Assembly (NCBI GenBank): GCA_012295275.1
Contig: CM022666.1
Location: 9,796,001-9,860,000, forward strand
Length of the DNA: 64,000 nucleotides
Source: Chrysomallon squamiferum
Lineage: Eukaryota; Animalia; Mollusca
Direction: 5' to 3'
Made by a program: the position numbers and the translations under genes. Positions 46,635-60,700 of this stretch are shown one piece after another. The first letter of the stretch is position 1. Each line of letters starts with the position of its first letter. Under the pieces are notes generated by a model. The model was not told where the DNA came from, did not search any database, and worked only from the letters and a program-made list of their open reading frames with translations.

Positions 46635-48972
46635 CATAATGTTTACCTCTTTGTCTCTCACACAGATAGTTTATGAAAACTGAACAACATACACATTAAT
46701 TTCTCTGGGGAGCTGGGGATAGCCAAGTCTAGAGTGTAAAATTACATGTATTTTGTAATTATATGACCTTTTTCTGATTTTACATTTTAAAAGAACCTAA
46801 TCATCATATTTGTGGGGTTAATTACATAAACTGATAGAGTACATTAAAAACTCATCAACATAACAAAATACTTGTATGACCTAAACATGGCTGCTTGTTT
46901 GTCTTGACTCAGTGCCAGCTACAACTGCATCCATGTTGAGACAGATGTTTTATGTATGTAGTAAGAGTGGACTAGATTTTACACCTCACTGACATACAGT
47001 CATATACAGTGAAATATTGAATTATGGGATATAATAGAGGCAGGTATCACAATTCATGTGAATCAGGTATGTAATGTACAGCTGTAATATAGGGAGATAT
47101 CACACCTGATGTAATATAGATTTCTATTATACAAATAGAGATTACAGGTTGATATAAGACAGCATGTAAAATTAATATAGATACCACACCTCATATAATA
47201 CAAGTCTGTATTATATAGGATTTAATAAAGGCAGACATCACATCTCATTTAATATATTGCTAGATAAGTAACAGTAAAGTATTTTGTGAGATAGTGTATC
47301 CCATATAATACAGGTCTGTACTGCATTGGCTATAATATATAAAGGTAAATATCACACCCATGTAATACAGGTAGATATAGTGATGCAATACAGGCAGATA
47401 TCATACGCCATGTGATACAGGTAGATATGAAACTCCATGTAATAGAGGTAGATTATATCACACTGACGTAATACAGGTAAATGTCACACCCTGTGTAATA
47501 CAGATAAATGTCACATCCGGTGTAATATAGGTAAATATCATACCCAGTCTAATATAGGTAGATGTCACCTCTATGTAGTAGTACAGGAGATATCACACCC
47601 TGTGTAATACAGGTTAATGTCACACTCAATGTAATACAGGTAGATATCACATCTATGCAATACAAGCAGATATTATACCCCCTTCAATACAGGTAAACAT
47701 TATACACGTAATACAGATGGATACCATAGCCCATGTAATACAGGTTGGTATCACACCTCATGTTATACAGTTAAATATCAGACTCCATGTAATAAAGGGC
47801 TGTAATGCGTGTACTGTAAAATAGGCAGATATCAGACATGATTTAATATAGGTAGAGATGAGATCTCATAAACAGCCAGCTATTGAGACACATATGTTCC
47901 TCTGTCTGTTTTTAGGTAAGAGAAATGTAAAAACTATTTGTATGGATGGATAGATGGATGGGCAGATTCTCAGACTCTTGTTTTATCATATTTATATTTT
48001 CATACTGTCTGTTTAAGAATGTGTTTATGATGAAATGATATTGTTACTGGTAATTCATATTTTTAAACATAGTTTATAAAACAGTTAAAACATGAGTATA
48101 AATTGTGTTTAACTGGCTATGTTTATAAATAAAACACAAACAGTTTGCACAATGAGTCATCACAGACACAAAGAGAAAAAAGTATTTATAGCTTTCATAA
48201 ATAAAGAAGTTAATAAGAAATAAAAAAATATATACCCTTTTAAAATCACAAACTAAGAATAGTTCAGGTGATCAGGTGTGTTTTGTTACTTATAGCTGTG
48301 CTTAAATAAAATTTTGTGTTTTGTTAATGACAGCTGTGTTTTGTTTATTACAGCTGTGTTTAATAAATATTTTATGTTAATTAAACTGTGTTTTACTTAG
48401 TATTTTTATTTTAATTACAGGTGTGGTTTTCTAAGTATTTAATGTTTTGTTAATTACAGCTGTGCTTTATTAAGTGTTTTGTGTTTTATTAATTACAGCT
48501 GTGTTTAATAAATATTTAATGTTAGTTACAGCAGTTTTACTAATTTTTTTTGTTTTGTTTTGTTTGTTAATTACAGATGTGTTTTACTAAATATTTTGTG
48601 TTTTGTTAATTACAGCTGTGTTTTTCGAAGGGTGACATCATCACTGTTACCCAGGTTCTTGATGAAGGGTGGTGGGAAGGAACTCTCAATGGTAAAACTG
48701 GCTGGTTTCCTAGCAACTATGTCAAAGAGGTGAAAGGTGGTAAGTGCCAGTTTCACTTGATAGATCAACTATCTACATGATTTACTTTTTTAATTCTTGT
48801 CTGAATCTGTTTTAGTCTGATTACACTTCAGTTTTAATTTACTAAATGATTTATTAGATGTTGCTTTTTTCATTTTCTTTTTTATTATTTCTTTATTTAT
48901 TTTTCATTTTAAGTATATACCTTTTTACTCAGTGTGGATATAAATTTAACAACAACATTATTATTATTATTA

Positions 48973-49016
<44 letters not shown>

Positions 49017-52000
49017 ACAGAACAGTTATTGGTTTATATTTCTTAAATTCATTTTTTTTTTTTTTTTTTTTTTTTAAAAGTAGTTTTCACCTGTCAGGTT
49101 TTGATTTTGATTTTTACCTACAGTTATGAAGACGTATTTTAACATTTTTAAGATTTTTTGTCTGTGACTTGGCTGGTTTTTGTAGATATTATATTTCATG
49201 TTTTTCTCATTGACTTGGTTGTGTGTTTATTTTCAGATATAGGGTGTAAGTCAAACAGAGGTTCAGATATCATCTCCTACAAGAGAGAAAGTATGCAGCT
49301 TTACCACAATGTTGTAAGTACAGTTTAATATGTGTGTGTGTGTGTGTGTGTGTTCAGATATCATCTCCTACAAGAAAGAAAGTATGGAGCTTTACCACTA
49401 TGTTATAAGTACAGTTTAGTGTGTGTTCAGATATCACCTCCTACAAGAGAGAAAGTATGGAGCTTTACCACTATGTTAAAAGTACAGTTTAGTGTGTGTT
49501 CAGATATCATCTCCTACAAAAAAGAAAGTATGCAGCTTTACCACTATGTTATAAGTACAGTCTCTGTGTTTGTAATTTTTATATTTTATTATTTTACCTG
49601 TGTTTCAGGTATTAAAAAACATCATAGAAACAGAGAAGTCACATGTAGAAGGAATGACCAAAGTTTTACAGACTTACATAAAACCTTTGCAGAATGCTGG
49701 AGTGTAAGTTTAACTCTGTTCACAAACACAAAGCAATCTTATATAATAATGACTGTAAAATTTAAACCATAATTAATATCAGCATATACTAGTAGAAGAT
49801 AAAGATTTAAATTAAAAAATTGTCTTGTTTTCATTAATGTGATTTGGAGAGACTGTTGTATAATATTAACAAATGAAGTAGAGTTAATTTTCTCCATGTA
49901 ACAAGTGTTAGTGGTATGATAATAATGTTGTGAGATAATATTACAAGTGTAGTGTGAAATAACATGTCTACTCTGATCAAATCACAAATACACTAGCACT
50001 TTGAATCATATATAAACCTGCATTTACATGAAATTTACATCATATTAATTGAAAGTTTTTATTTTGTTTTCAAATGTTTAATAATAATAGTAATAATAAT
50101 AATAATAAAAATATATATAAATAAATAAAATAAATAAATAAATAAATTTAATAATAATAATAATCTGATTATATTTTGCTGTGGACATCAAAGTAAAAAA
50201 TATTAAAATTGTGTGATATTTTAATGTGTGTTTCAGGCTGTCACCGACAGAGTATTCACAGTTAGTGGGTAACTTGGAGCAGATTGACTCCTTCCAGCAC
50301 ACATTTCTAGCCTCACTAGAAGAATGTGAAAAGTAAGTAGACAATTTCTAGTGTAAAAAGTAAATAGCAGGTTTTTAGTTTGAAGAGTAAGTAGTGAATA
50401 TCTGTATTTATTAAGCAGTTATGTTTCTAGTGTAAAAAGTAAGTAGTCATGTTTCAAATGTGAAAAGTAACTAGTCGTGTTTTTAGTGTGAAATATAAGT
50501 AATTATGCTTCTAGTGTAATTAAAAAATTATGCAAAAAGAAAGTTACGTTTGATCACAAAGACTTTTCATCTTTGGATCTGTCCTGCTCAGTTGATGCTC
50601 TGAGGTTTTGTCAATTCCAACGATTGCTCTGTAACTTATCTGAAATTCTTGGGAAGTGTTTCGGATTTTGGGATATTTTGGATTTTGGAATATAAGGAGA
50701 TAGCATGAGAATAGACTCTATGTCTAAATATGAATTCCTTTTATTTTTCATGTACAGTCTGCAGGATTTTTTTAAATAATATTTAAAATAATTTTGTGCA
50801 TAAAATGCAGATTGTATATGCCTGAAAGTCCAAAAACTTTAAGATATTATTTCTGCTGCTTGGAAAAAGTTTTGGATTTCTAAGCTTTTCCAATTTTTTA
50901 ATTCTGGACATTTTGAAATTAAAATTTCAAAATGTCAGTGAAATGTTAAAATAGTTTTAAAAAAAATATCATTTTATTAAATTGGTTTGGTTTTGAATGT
51001 GAAGATAAAACAAATAAAATAAAATAAATTATTATTTAAATTTGTTTAGTCATGAATGTAAAGTTTTTAAAAAAGAAAAGCAAAATTATTATCTTAATTG
51101 GGTTAGTTTTGTATGTAAACTATTAACAAATGTTATTTCAGATTGCCACCAATGAAAAGGCGGATAGGGGGAGTGTTCATGCAGCATGCCCCCCAGTTGA
51201 AGATGCTGTACATGGAGTATTGTGCTAACCACCCTAAAGCTGTAGCTGTACTGTTGTGTAGAAGGTTTGTAATACCATTTATTTATTCTAATTACAATAT
51301 TTATTTTTTGTAATTACAATATTTATTTATTCTAATTACAATATTTATTTATTGTAATTACAATATTTATTTACTGCAAATGAATTAGTTTTTCATTTAT
51401 AATAGCTATTTTTATACAATATTGTTAGTCAACAATATTGTTTATTTTATTTATTTATTTGTTTGTTTGTTTGTTTGTTTGTTTATTTCAGGGAGGATTT
51501 AAACAGGTTTATGGAGAGTGCTGGGGCCAGTCCTCCTGGTTACATGACATTAACTACAAATTTGTCTAAACCTTTCACTAGACTAGATAAATATCCTAGT
51601 TTACTTAAAGAGTTAGAAAGACATATAGAAGTAAGTAATAATTTAAAAACAAATTCTCATACACATGCAAGAAGAATTTACATTCATGTATGTACATACA
51701 TAACATACACAAAATCCACACATACACACACACACACACTCACACACACTAATGTGCTGTGAGAGATTGTCAGGTGTTCCATGGGAAATTATCCACCTAT
51801 TCTTAATTAGTCCAAATTTTTTTTATTTTGTTACTGCAAATAATTTGCCATGATTGTGCTTCTGTGCCTGCAAAGTAGTGACTGGCAAAGTAATAAAATA
51901 CTCTTCCTTGGCTAAACTGTCACTGTAAATGTGTCATTTTGTAACACTTTTGGTTGGTGGGTGTGACTCAGGAGATTTTTAATGTAAAAATTGTGCCATG

Positions 52001-55000
52001 GCTCAAACAAGGTTGAAAAAAGTGACATACATATTTATAAGCACACATATACATATATACATACATACATACTAACAGACACACATATAAACATATACAC
52101 AAAAACACAGTAACATATACATGAAAAAGAATTTGCATTTATGATTGTACAAATGGATGTGTGCACACAAATACACACAGTAATTAAAAATTTGCATTTT
52201 GTTATGTGTTTTCACACCTCTGTGTTACTGTATATATTAATAATTTCATTAATTTCAGGAAAGTCATCCAGATAGAGGAGATACACAGAGAGCAATAGCA
52301 GTGTACAGAGAAATAGCAGTGAGTGATGTTTTATAGTTTAATGTCAAGTTTATATAATTAAATACAGAGAAATAGCAGTCAGAGATATTTTGTAGTTTAA
52401 TGTCAAGTTTTTATAATTAAATACAGAGAACTTGCAGTAAGTGATATTTTGTAGTTTAATGTCAAGTTTTTATAATTAAATACAGAGAACTAGCAGTAAG
52501 TGATATTTTACAGTTTAATGTTAAGTTTATATAATTAAATACAGAGAAATAGCAGTAAGTGATATTTTGTAGTTTAATATCAAGTTTTTATAATTAAATA
52601 CAGAGAACTAGCAGTAAGTGATAGTTTGTAGTTTAATGTCAAGTTTTTATATTTAAATACAGAGAAATAGTAAGTGATTTTTTATTGTTTAATGTCAAGT
52701 TTTTATAATTAAATACAGAAAACTAGCAGTAAGTGTTATTTTATAGTTTAATGTCAAGTTTTTATAATTAAATACAGAGAAATAGTAGTGAGTGATATTT
52801 TATAGTTTAATATCCAGTTTTAATAATTAAATACAGAAAAATAGATGTAAGTGATGTTTTATAGATTATTTGCTATAGAGAAAAAGTTATGAGTAATATG
52901 ACAGCTTTAACTGATATTATTACAAATGTATCCTTGTACAGTCTCTATTAACTTAAAATGTAAAATATGTATGTAAAAACAAGATGTAAAATTAGAAACT
53001 GGATTAAATTTATGTCTTGTAAAAATACATATATTATTAAAGTGTTAATTATTTGTAATCATTTATCCAAATGAAGTTTTTATTTTGTTTTGTTTTACAG
53101 AATTCGTGTTTGGAGACTCGGCGGTTGAAGGAAATGGAACATGAAATTATTACAAGTACTATAAAAGGTTGGGAGGGTGAGGTTAGTATTTCTCTGACAC
53201 ACACAGACATGCATGAACACACACATGCACACAAACATGCACACACACACATGGACACACACAGACACACATGCATACAAAACACATACACACAGATATG
53301 CATCAAACATATATTAAAGTTATTTAACTTTGAGAATGTGTAAATGTTAGTTAAAAGCTTCTGTTTTTCTGAGAAATGATTTTTCATTATTTCCCAATCC
53401 AAATAATGCCATAATTCTGATTTATCATCAATTGGCTTTCCATTCCTACAGGGATAAAAAATAAGAAGTAAAATGTTTAATGTGGCGTAGACATAAATAG
53501 TGATTGGTGATGTTGTTAATTTCAGGATATATCAGCACTGGGGGATGTAGTTCACCTATCGCAGGTACAAGTGCACAAACAGACAGGTGAAAAATATGAC
53601 AGAATCTTTGTCTTGTTTCCTGGAGTCCTTGTCATGTTGTCAATGAGTCCCAGACTTAGTGGCTACCAGTACGAGGTGAGATTTAAGTAGTAAAATACTG
53701 ATGTTTTTTTTAAACACAGTACTTACACCTATACCACTACACAGAACATTGAGTGCTGAACTGTTTTTCATAAAAACATGACTTAATACATCTTTCAGAT
53801 GTTGTTTGGGAAATGTTTTATCCTGTTCTAGCAAATAAATAAATATTAATTTATTTCAGGGTAAGCTTCCACTCAGTGGAATGACTGTCAATCGTTGTGA
53901 AGACTCAGAAACATACCCTAATGGTTTTGAAATATCAGGTATCAATTCTAGATAGTATAAGTTATTCTATTCATTCTAATACTGCTACTGTTACTATTAC
54001 TATTACTGCTACTGTTCTTGTTATTGTTATTATTTTTGTTAATTCTTCTTATTATAATTTTTAGAATGATAGTGATTATTTTTATTTATTTATTGTTTCT
54101 GTTTTTTTAATAAGCAATATAAATTATATTATCAAAATATAAAAACATGATATAGATTGTAATGTTTTAAAATATCAGGTACAAGTGGGTAAAAGTGTTG
54201 AAATTAAAAAAAATCTATAGGATACAAATGATAATGTTATAAGTTGGTTGTGTTGGAGAAAGATAAATGTTGTTATATATATGTGTGTTGTAAGTGTTTG
54301 GAGAAATATGAGTGGTGTTGTTGTTTGTATATATTTGTGTTGTAAGGACTGAAAAAAGATCAATGTTGTTGTTGTGTATGTGTCTGTTAGTAGTATTGGA
54401 CAAAGATGAGTGTTGCGGTTGTTGGTGTTGCAGGTAACATGATAGAGAAGATGGTGGTGACGTGTGGGACAAGGATTGAGGTGAACCCATGGGTGGAGAT
54501 TTTGAGACAGCAGATCAGTCAGTCATATCATTCCACATCCAGCACACCACAGAGTCTAAAAGTCAGTGTTTAATTTTATCTTTGTGTTCTAGAAACATCA
54601 GTGATATCATTTTTATTATTCAATGTGATAATTAAATGTTAAAGATTTTATTAGATTGTAACAGTTATTTATCAGCTAGCTTTTTCAATGAAAGTACAAA
54701 AAAAAATATCTAACAGTATTTTATCAAATATTTACTTAAGTGATATGTAAAGGCTACTTCTTAAAAGTTAAACTTTGTTCTTGAAGTGTAAGAGGTCTAA
54801 GGATCTATCCTCTCATAGGAACCAAGGACATTAAAGAAAAAAATTGTTATCCTAATTGATGTGTCACAATTTAGACAAGTGATAATGGTTTCATATTTAT
54901 TGCCTGAGTTTTCTGTGTTTTGTTAAACCATCACTTACTGATTCAGGTTTCAACGTCACAGCCGAGTATCAGCACTCTAACACAGGCAAAGACAGCCAAA

Positions 55001-56598
55001 GTGATGCACTCCCAGGTTGTCACGTCTCCTGTACAAAACAAAGTACATAAGACGTGGAGTATGTCATGTCTGAGGCCGTCACCCCCACTACGGCCGTCAC
55101 TGATGTGTCGTGATGAAGTGCTGAAGAGTCCAAGAGCCAACAGAAAATCAGCAACAGCCAAGAGAAAACCAGGTATATTAAATAAATGAATTACATTACA
55201 GTGTTAAATAAATCAGATATGTTACATCTGTTAAATAAATCAGATACATGGTTCAATGTTAAATAAATTAGATATATTACAAGTATTAAATAAATCAGAT
55301 ATGATACAGTGTTAAATAAATCAGATATGTTACAGTGTTAAATAAATCAGATATATTACAAGTATTAAATGAGATATGTTACAAGTGTTTAATAAATGAG
55401 ATATGTTACAAGTGTTAAATAAATCAGATATGTTACAGGTATTTTGGCAGTTCTTTTTATGTTTATGGACGTATACAAGAAAATATATGGTATTAATATG
55501 GTAACAAAACTTAATGTTTTGATGTTTTTCTCTTCGTGTTGCCAAGTTCGGACATATTCAAGTGATGATTATGATTATGCCTGGCAGTCTAGTAAATGTA
55601 AGATGGCCGCCATTGTCATGTGACTGTTTAGTGTTGTCAGATTTTCATCATAATCAATGGGTTTTTTTTACTTTTTATTTTTAAAATTATTTTTTATTTC
55701 ACACCCAGTGTAAAAGTGTAACAGATCTATGGTTGTTGCTTTTTTCTTCTTTTTTCTTTTTTTTCAATTAATTTTATTATATTTTTATTTGAAATCAATT
55801 TCAGTAAAAAAAAAAAAAAAAAAAAATGTTTAATTATTATTGTTAATTGTAATCACTTTTAAGTGGCTGCCATTTTTGTACTTGTTAAGTTTTCACTGTG
55901 AATATTTTAAGTTTTGTTTATAAATTGTAAATTTTGTTTTATTTTTGATAATACTAGTTGTCTGATTACAGTATGTTAATATGAGTCATAACAAAAAGAG
56001 CTGGATAGGACAAGGTCATAAGATTATTATCATGATACTGTTTACTTGAATGTATTTTTGTAGTTTTCTGTGATTTTTGTAGATAAATTATAAGTTATAT
56101 ATTTTCAAAATTATTTTAGTTTATAGTAGTTGTACACTTTTTATCATTTCATTAAATATTGTGTTACAAGTTGCTTTGAATTCTCAGTTCTATTTTTCAT
56201 TCTGTGGGTTTTTAAAAATATGTACTATTGTTCTTTGTCTTCTATTTATTATGCACATATTTACATATAACTTACATGCAGAACCTGCAGCTACTTTTAT
56301 ACATGCTTTTTATACAAGCATTTACTGAGTTAGTTTGGACACAGGTTGTCTCCGTGCACTATACTATGTATTTATTAGTGTATATTTTAGTACATAAAAG
56401 TGTTTAATACTTTATTAATTTTATAGTATTGTATATTGATACTAAACACAATTAAATATATTGTATATAACATGTTAATGTTAAAATATCAGTTGTAAGA
56501 AATAATTACATTACTACACATATAATTCTTTATATTTCATGTTTATAAGAATATATTATAAAATTTGTTTTTATTTATTTCATATTTTGATACATTGT

Positions 56599-56637
<39 letters not shown>

Positions 56638-57687
56638 AATTAATGTATATTTTTTCATATTATTTTGTACTTCTGATGAGTTTTTTGTTTGATATATTGT
56701 AAGTAATTATTTGTGTTACAGATGATCCTAAAGTTTACTATGAAGACGCTTTCATCTTACAAGTGATAGAGGCTTACTGTAACAGTGCTAAAACGAGACA
56801 CACTGTAAACTCATGTAAGTGTTTACAATTGTTTACACAAAGTTAATTCATATGGTTACAATTAAAATATCTAGTGATAGATGACATATTTACATTTTGA
56901 TAAAATAATGTTACATTTAAAAAAAGACAGTCATACAGTTAATTAGTAATTTACACTGTGTACGCTCTACTTTCACATTTACAAAAAAACAGACAGTTAA
57001 CTTCTTTAGTTACATTTTGTTTACACTCTAATTTTACATGTACAAGCACCAGACATAAGGTTAACTGATGTTTACATTAGTTTATACTCTAATTTTACAT
57101 TTACAAAAAGCAGTTATATAGTTAACTTACTTATTTTCATTTTGTTTACATTCTAGTTTTTCATTTTGAAAAATCCACTCATATAATAAACTTGTATCTT
57201 TACATTTTGTTTACATTCAAATTTTACATTAACAAAAACCAGACAGATACTTAACTTGTAAATTTACAGTATTTAGTTCAAACTGTTTCCAATTTTACAT
57301 AAGATATGATACAAAGATTTACTTTGTATGTTTATTTTTCTTTTTGCATTTTATATTTACAAAAACCATACACACAATTATATAGGTTATTTACAATATT
57401 TAGTTCACACACTGTGTAGTAGAAATCAGATAAGTGGCAACTGTAATATCACTGAAATATATCTAAACAAAAAGAAGTAATTATGACAAATTTTTCTAGT
57501 TCAAACTAATGTGGTGAAGATACTTACGGTTCAGCAGTGACATCAATAATAAATTTCATCTTTAATCTAGATTAATTACTATATCAATTTATTTTACAAT
57601 TAGTTTAAGTATTAATTAATTTTCATTATAAAAGTCATCAGATTGATTCTTACATTTATTATTCTGGAATTAAAAAAAATAAAAATA

Positions 57688-57718
<31 letters not shown>

Positions 57719-60700
57719 GGAAAAAAACCCAGAATTAATTATTATCCAAAAATATGTTGAAAGATTTAATCAGTAATTTTGTTAACCTGGTTTTATGTAG
57801 ATAGTCAAATCACAGGATGCAATCATTTAAACATCACAATTTTTCATAATAAAAGCAGACACAAAATACAGTCATCATATTTTAATGTTGTTTAAGTTGT
57901 GTGTTTATTCTTGTTCGTTTTGTTGCTGATTTCTTTCGCACAAACACTGAACGTTTAATGTCTACTGCACAAAGTAATTAGAACTGTTGTGTGAAAGTTA
58001 TTTGCAAATGTAAAGTTACAAGCATTTTAATGATAGGAAAACCATATTTTATGCAAATGTTGAGTAAAATGCACAGCAGCTGATGTTTACAAATCTGTGT
58101 TTATGATGATAAAATCAGTTGTTTACATAAAGCATCACCTGATGGGTTTTTACATAAAATTTCACACACAAACAGCATCAGTTGATTTTGTTATGTAAGC
58201 TCTCAGTTGATGTTTACATAACATCTCACACAAAAACAGAGCATCACATGATGTTTACGACACATAAACAGGACAGCAGCTAATGTTACAGCTAGGATCA
58301 ATTACCTTACCAAGTCAGTATTTTACTTAGATGTTAAATTCAGTGTTTACTTCACAATAAAACTCAGTATTTAATTACTTCACAAAAAACCCCAGTATTT
58401 AATTAGTTTACAATAAAACTCAGTATGTAATTGCTTCACAATAAAACTCTGTATTTAATTACTTCACAGTAAAACTCAATATTTAATTACTTCACAATAA
58501 AACTCAATATTTAATTACTTCGCAATAAAACTCAGTATTTAATTATTTCACAATTAAACTCAGTATTTAATTACTTCATAATAAAAATTCATTTAACACA
58601 TTAAAAAGTAAAGTGATAATGTTAACACTAACACAACATTCAAATATATCATTTGTTTTTATTGTGAATCACATTACATCTTAATTTAGTTTGCTGTGTC
58701 CTCCCTTGCATGAACACAGTGTTGTTAAAATTTCTGTGCTGTGTTTTTATTGATTATAAACATTTGAGGAACATGTAAACGTTCTGAAATGTGACTGGTT
58801 TGGAAAAGGCAGATTGTGCCATTTGTTAAAATAGGTGTATGTACAAAAAAGTTTTGAAAGACTGAGTACAAAAAAATAAATAAATAAAAATAAATAAATA
58901 AAAAAATAATGCCAGTAGAATTTAAATAAAACTATTACACAAGACTGAGTCACTTTCTTTACCTTTTTTACTTAAAAAATCGGATGTAAATTTTTAGATG
59001 GAAGTAATAGACAGTATATAGCATAAACCAGAACTTTACTAATTATATTACAAAGTGTTAACTATTTTGCTTATGTGTTTTAATTATTTATTTTTGTTTT
59101 TTGGTGGGTTTCAGGGTTTTTTCTATTGTTTTTATTTTACATTTTTACTGGAGTATTTCTGTTGGTTGACAAATGTGGAATGATGTATCATTCTTCTCAT
59201 ATAATGTATCGTTAATTTAAACAAACGTATATAAATTATTATTATTTTTTAAATTTCTATCCACATATAATGAAGAAACAACTTTAGAAATAGTTACATA
59301 AGCATACTCACATGCATCCTGATTTTTTTTTTTTTTTAAATAATAGTAATAATAATAATAAACATTTAGATAACTAAAAAAAACACAAAAAAATAACAAA
59401 GTTGAAACAAAGCAACTAATTTTTACCTGCATACAGTTGACAATAAAATCTTTTTACTGGTACTTGTAGAAGATAATTTCTGTGTGGTAATATTATAACA
59501 TTTTCATCTCAACTAAATAAAAAAAAAAAAGATTAATTTTTACCTGCTGACTTTAAAAATGTTTTTACCTGTGTAGGTAGACAAATAATTTCGGAAAGAA
59601 GAAATCTTAAAGGTAGGGATGCTAAGAAGTTCTGACATAATTCACCGCATCCTGCAGTTTGGTCCATTCTCTCACTAGGTTAGACTTGTCAGATGTCAGC
59701 ATGTCGCATACATCACAGTCGTGCATTTTGATTAGTTTTATCTGTTCAAATGTTAGTAATCTCTTAGTGTCATGTCAGTAGAACTAAAACAGTTGTTTTT
59801 ATTATTTTATTCTTTATTTATTTAATTTATTTTTTTATTTGTTTATTTGTTTGTATATTTATTTATTTATTGTTTTTTTGTTTACATATTTATTATTTAT
59901 GTTTATAAATTTAAATATTTGTTGTTTGTTCTCTTGTTTATATATCTTGTATTTAGTTTATTTATTTTCTTATTTATTGTTTATTTTTTATTTATTTGAT
60001 TAGTTTATTATTGTTTATTCATTTATTGTTTATTTATTTATTTATATGCTTTTATTTATTTATTTATTTATTTATTTATTGTTTGTTTGTTTATTTCCCC
60101 TTTCAGTGTTCAGTGTTACTATGTTTTCCTCATGAATATTTTAATAATGGTTATTAGTTTTCATATGGAAGAAAAAATAGAGACAAAGACTGAGAAAGAA
60201 AGAAAAATTGAGATAAGTTAAAAAGAATGATGAGGGAGAGAGAGAGAAAGAGAGAGAGACCGAGAGAAAACATTTTCCTAATACATTTTATCACAACATT
60301 GACATTTATTTATTTATTTATTTATGTATTTATATGAGTAATTTATAAATAAAGGAAGTGATTGTGAAGATGTTTAATTTGTACACACAGTTTGTTAATG
60401 CTTGAGCATGAATTCTGATTTGCTGGTTTTGTTTCTAGAATCTTTGTTTACGTGTTGAGTAAAGTGTAGCTTTGCCTTCTATGTCTTGAAGTAAACTTTG
60501 TGTTTCAATAAAAAGTTTGTTTAAATATCTGCTTAAATATTGGTTTTATTTACTATCTACAAAATACTTTGTGCTTGTTTTCATATCAACATAAATTTTG
60601 TGTTTGTTTACTGTAAATTTTTTGTTTGTTTACATATCAACATAAATTTTTACTTTGTAAACTCTGCATTTGTTTCATCCCTCATTATACTTTATTTTTA

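Noticed and set aside
49332-49772. 146-aa ORF containing [16 protein letters not shown]
   Set aside because: Read-through of the exon-3 duplicate array; out of frame with exon 4.
52304-52865. CRISPR-like appearance of regular arrays (also 45895-46325, 58330-58585)
   Set aside because: Units repeat along their whole length with no unique spacers; no cas genes; eukaryotic intron context.
53851-54440. AG|GGTAAG and AG|GTAAC at exon starts as recursive splice sites
   Set aside because: Explained by Gly codons at normal acceptors; introns are short, so recursive splicing is unnecessary.
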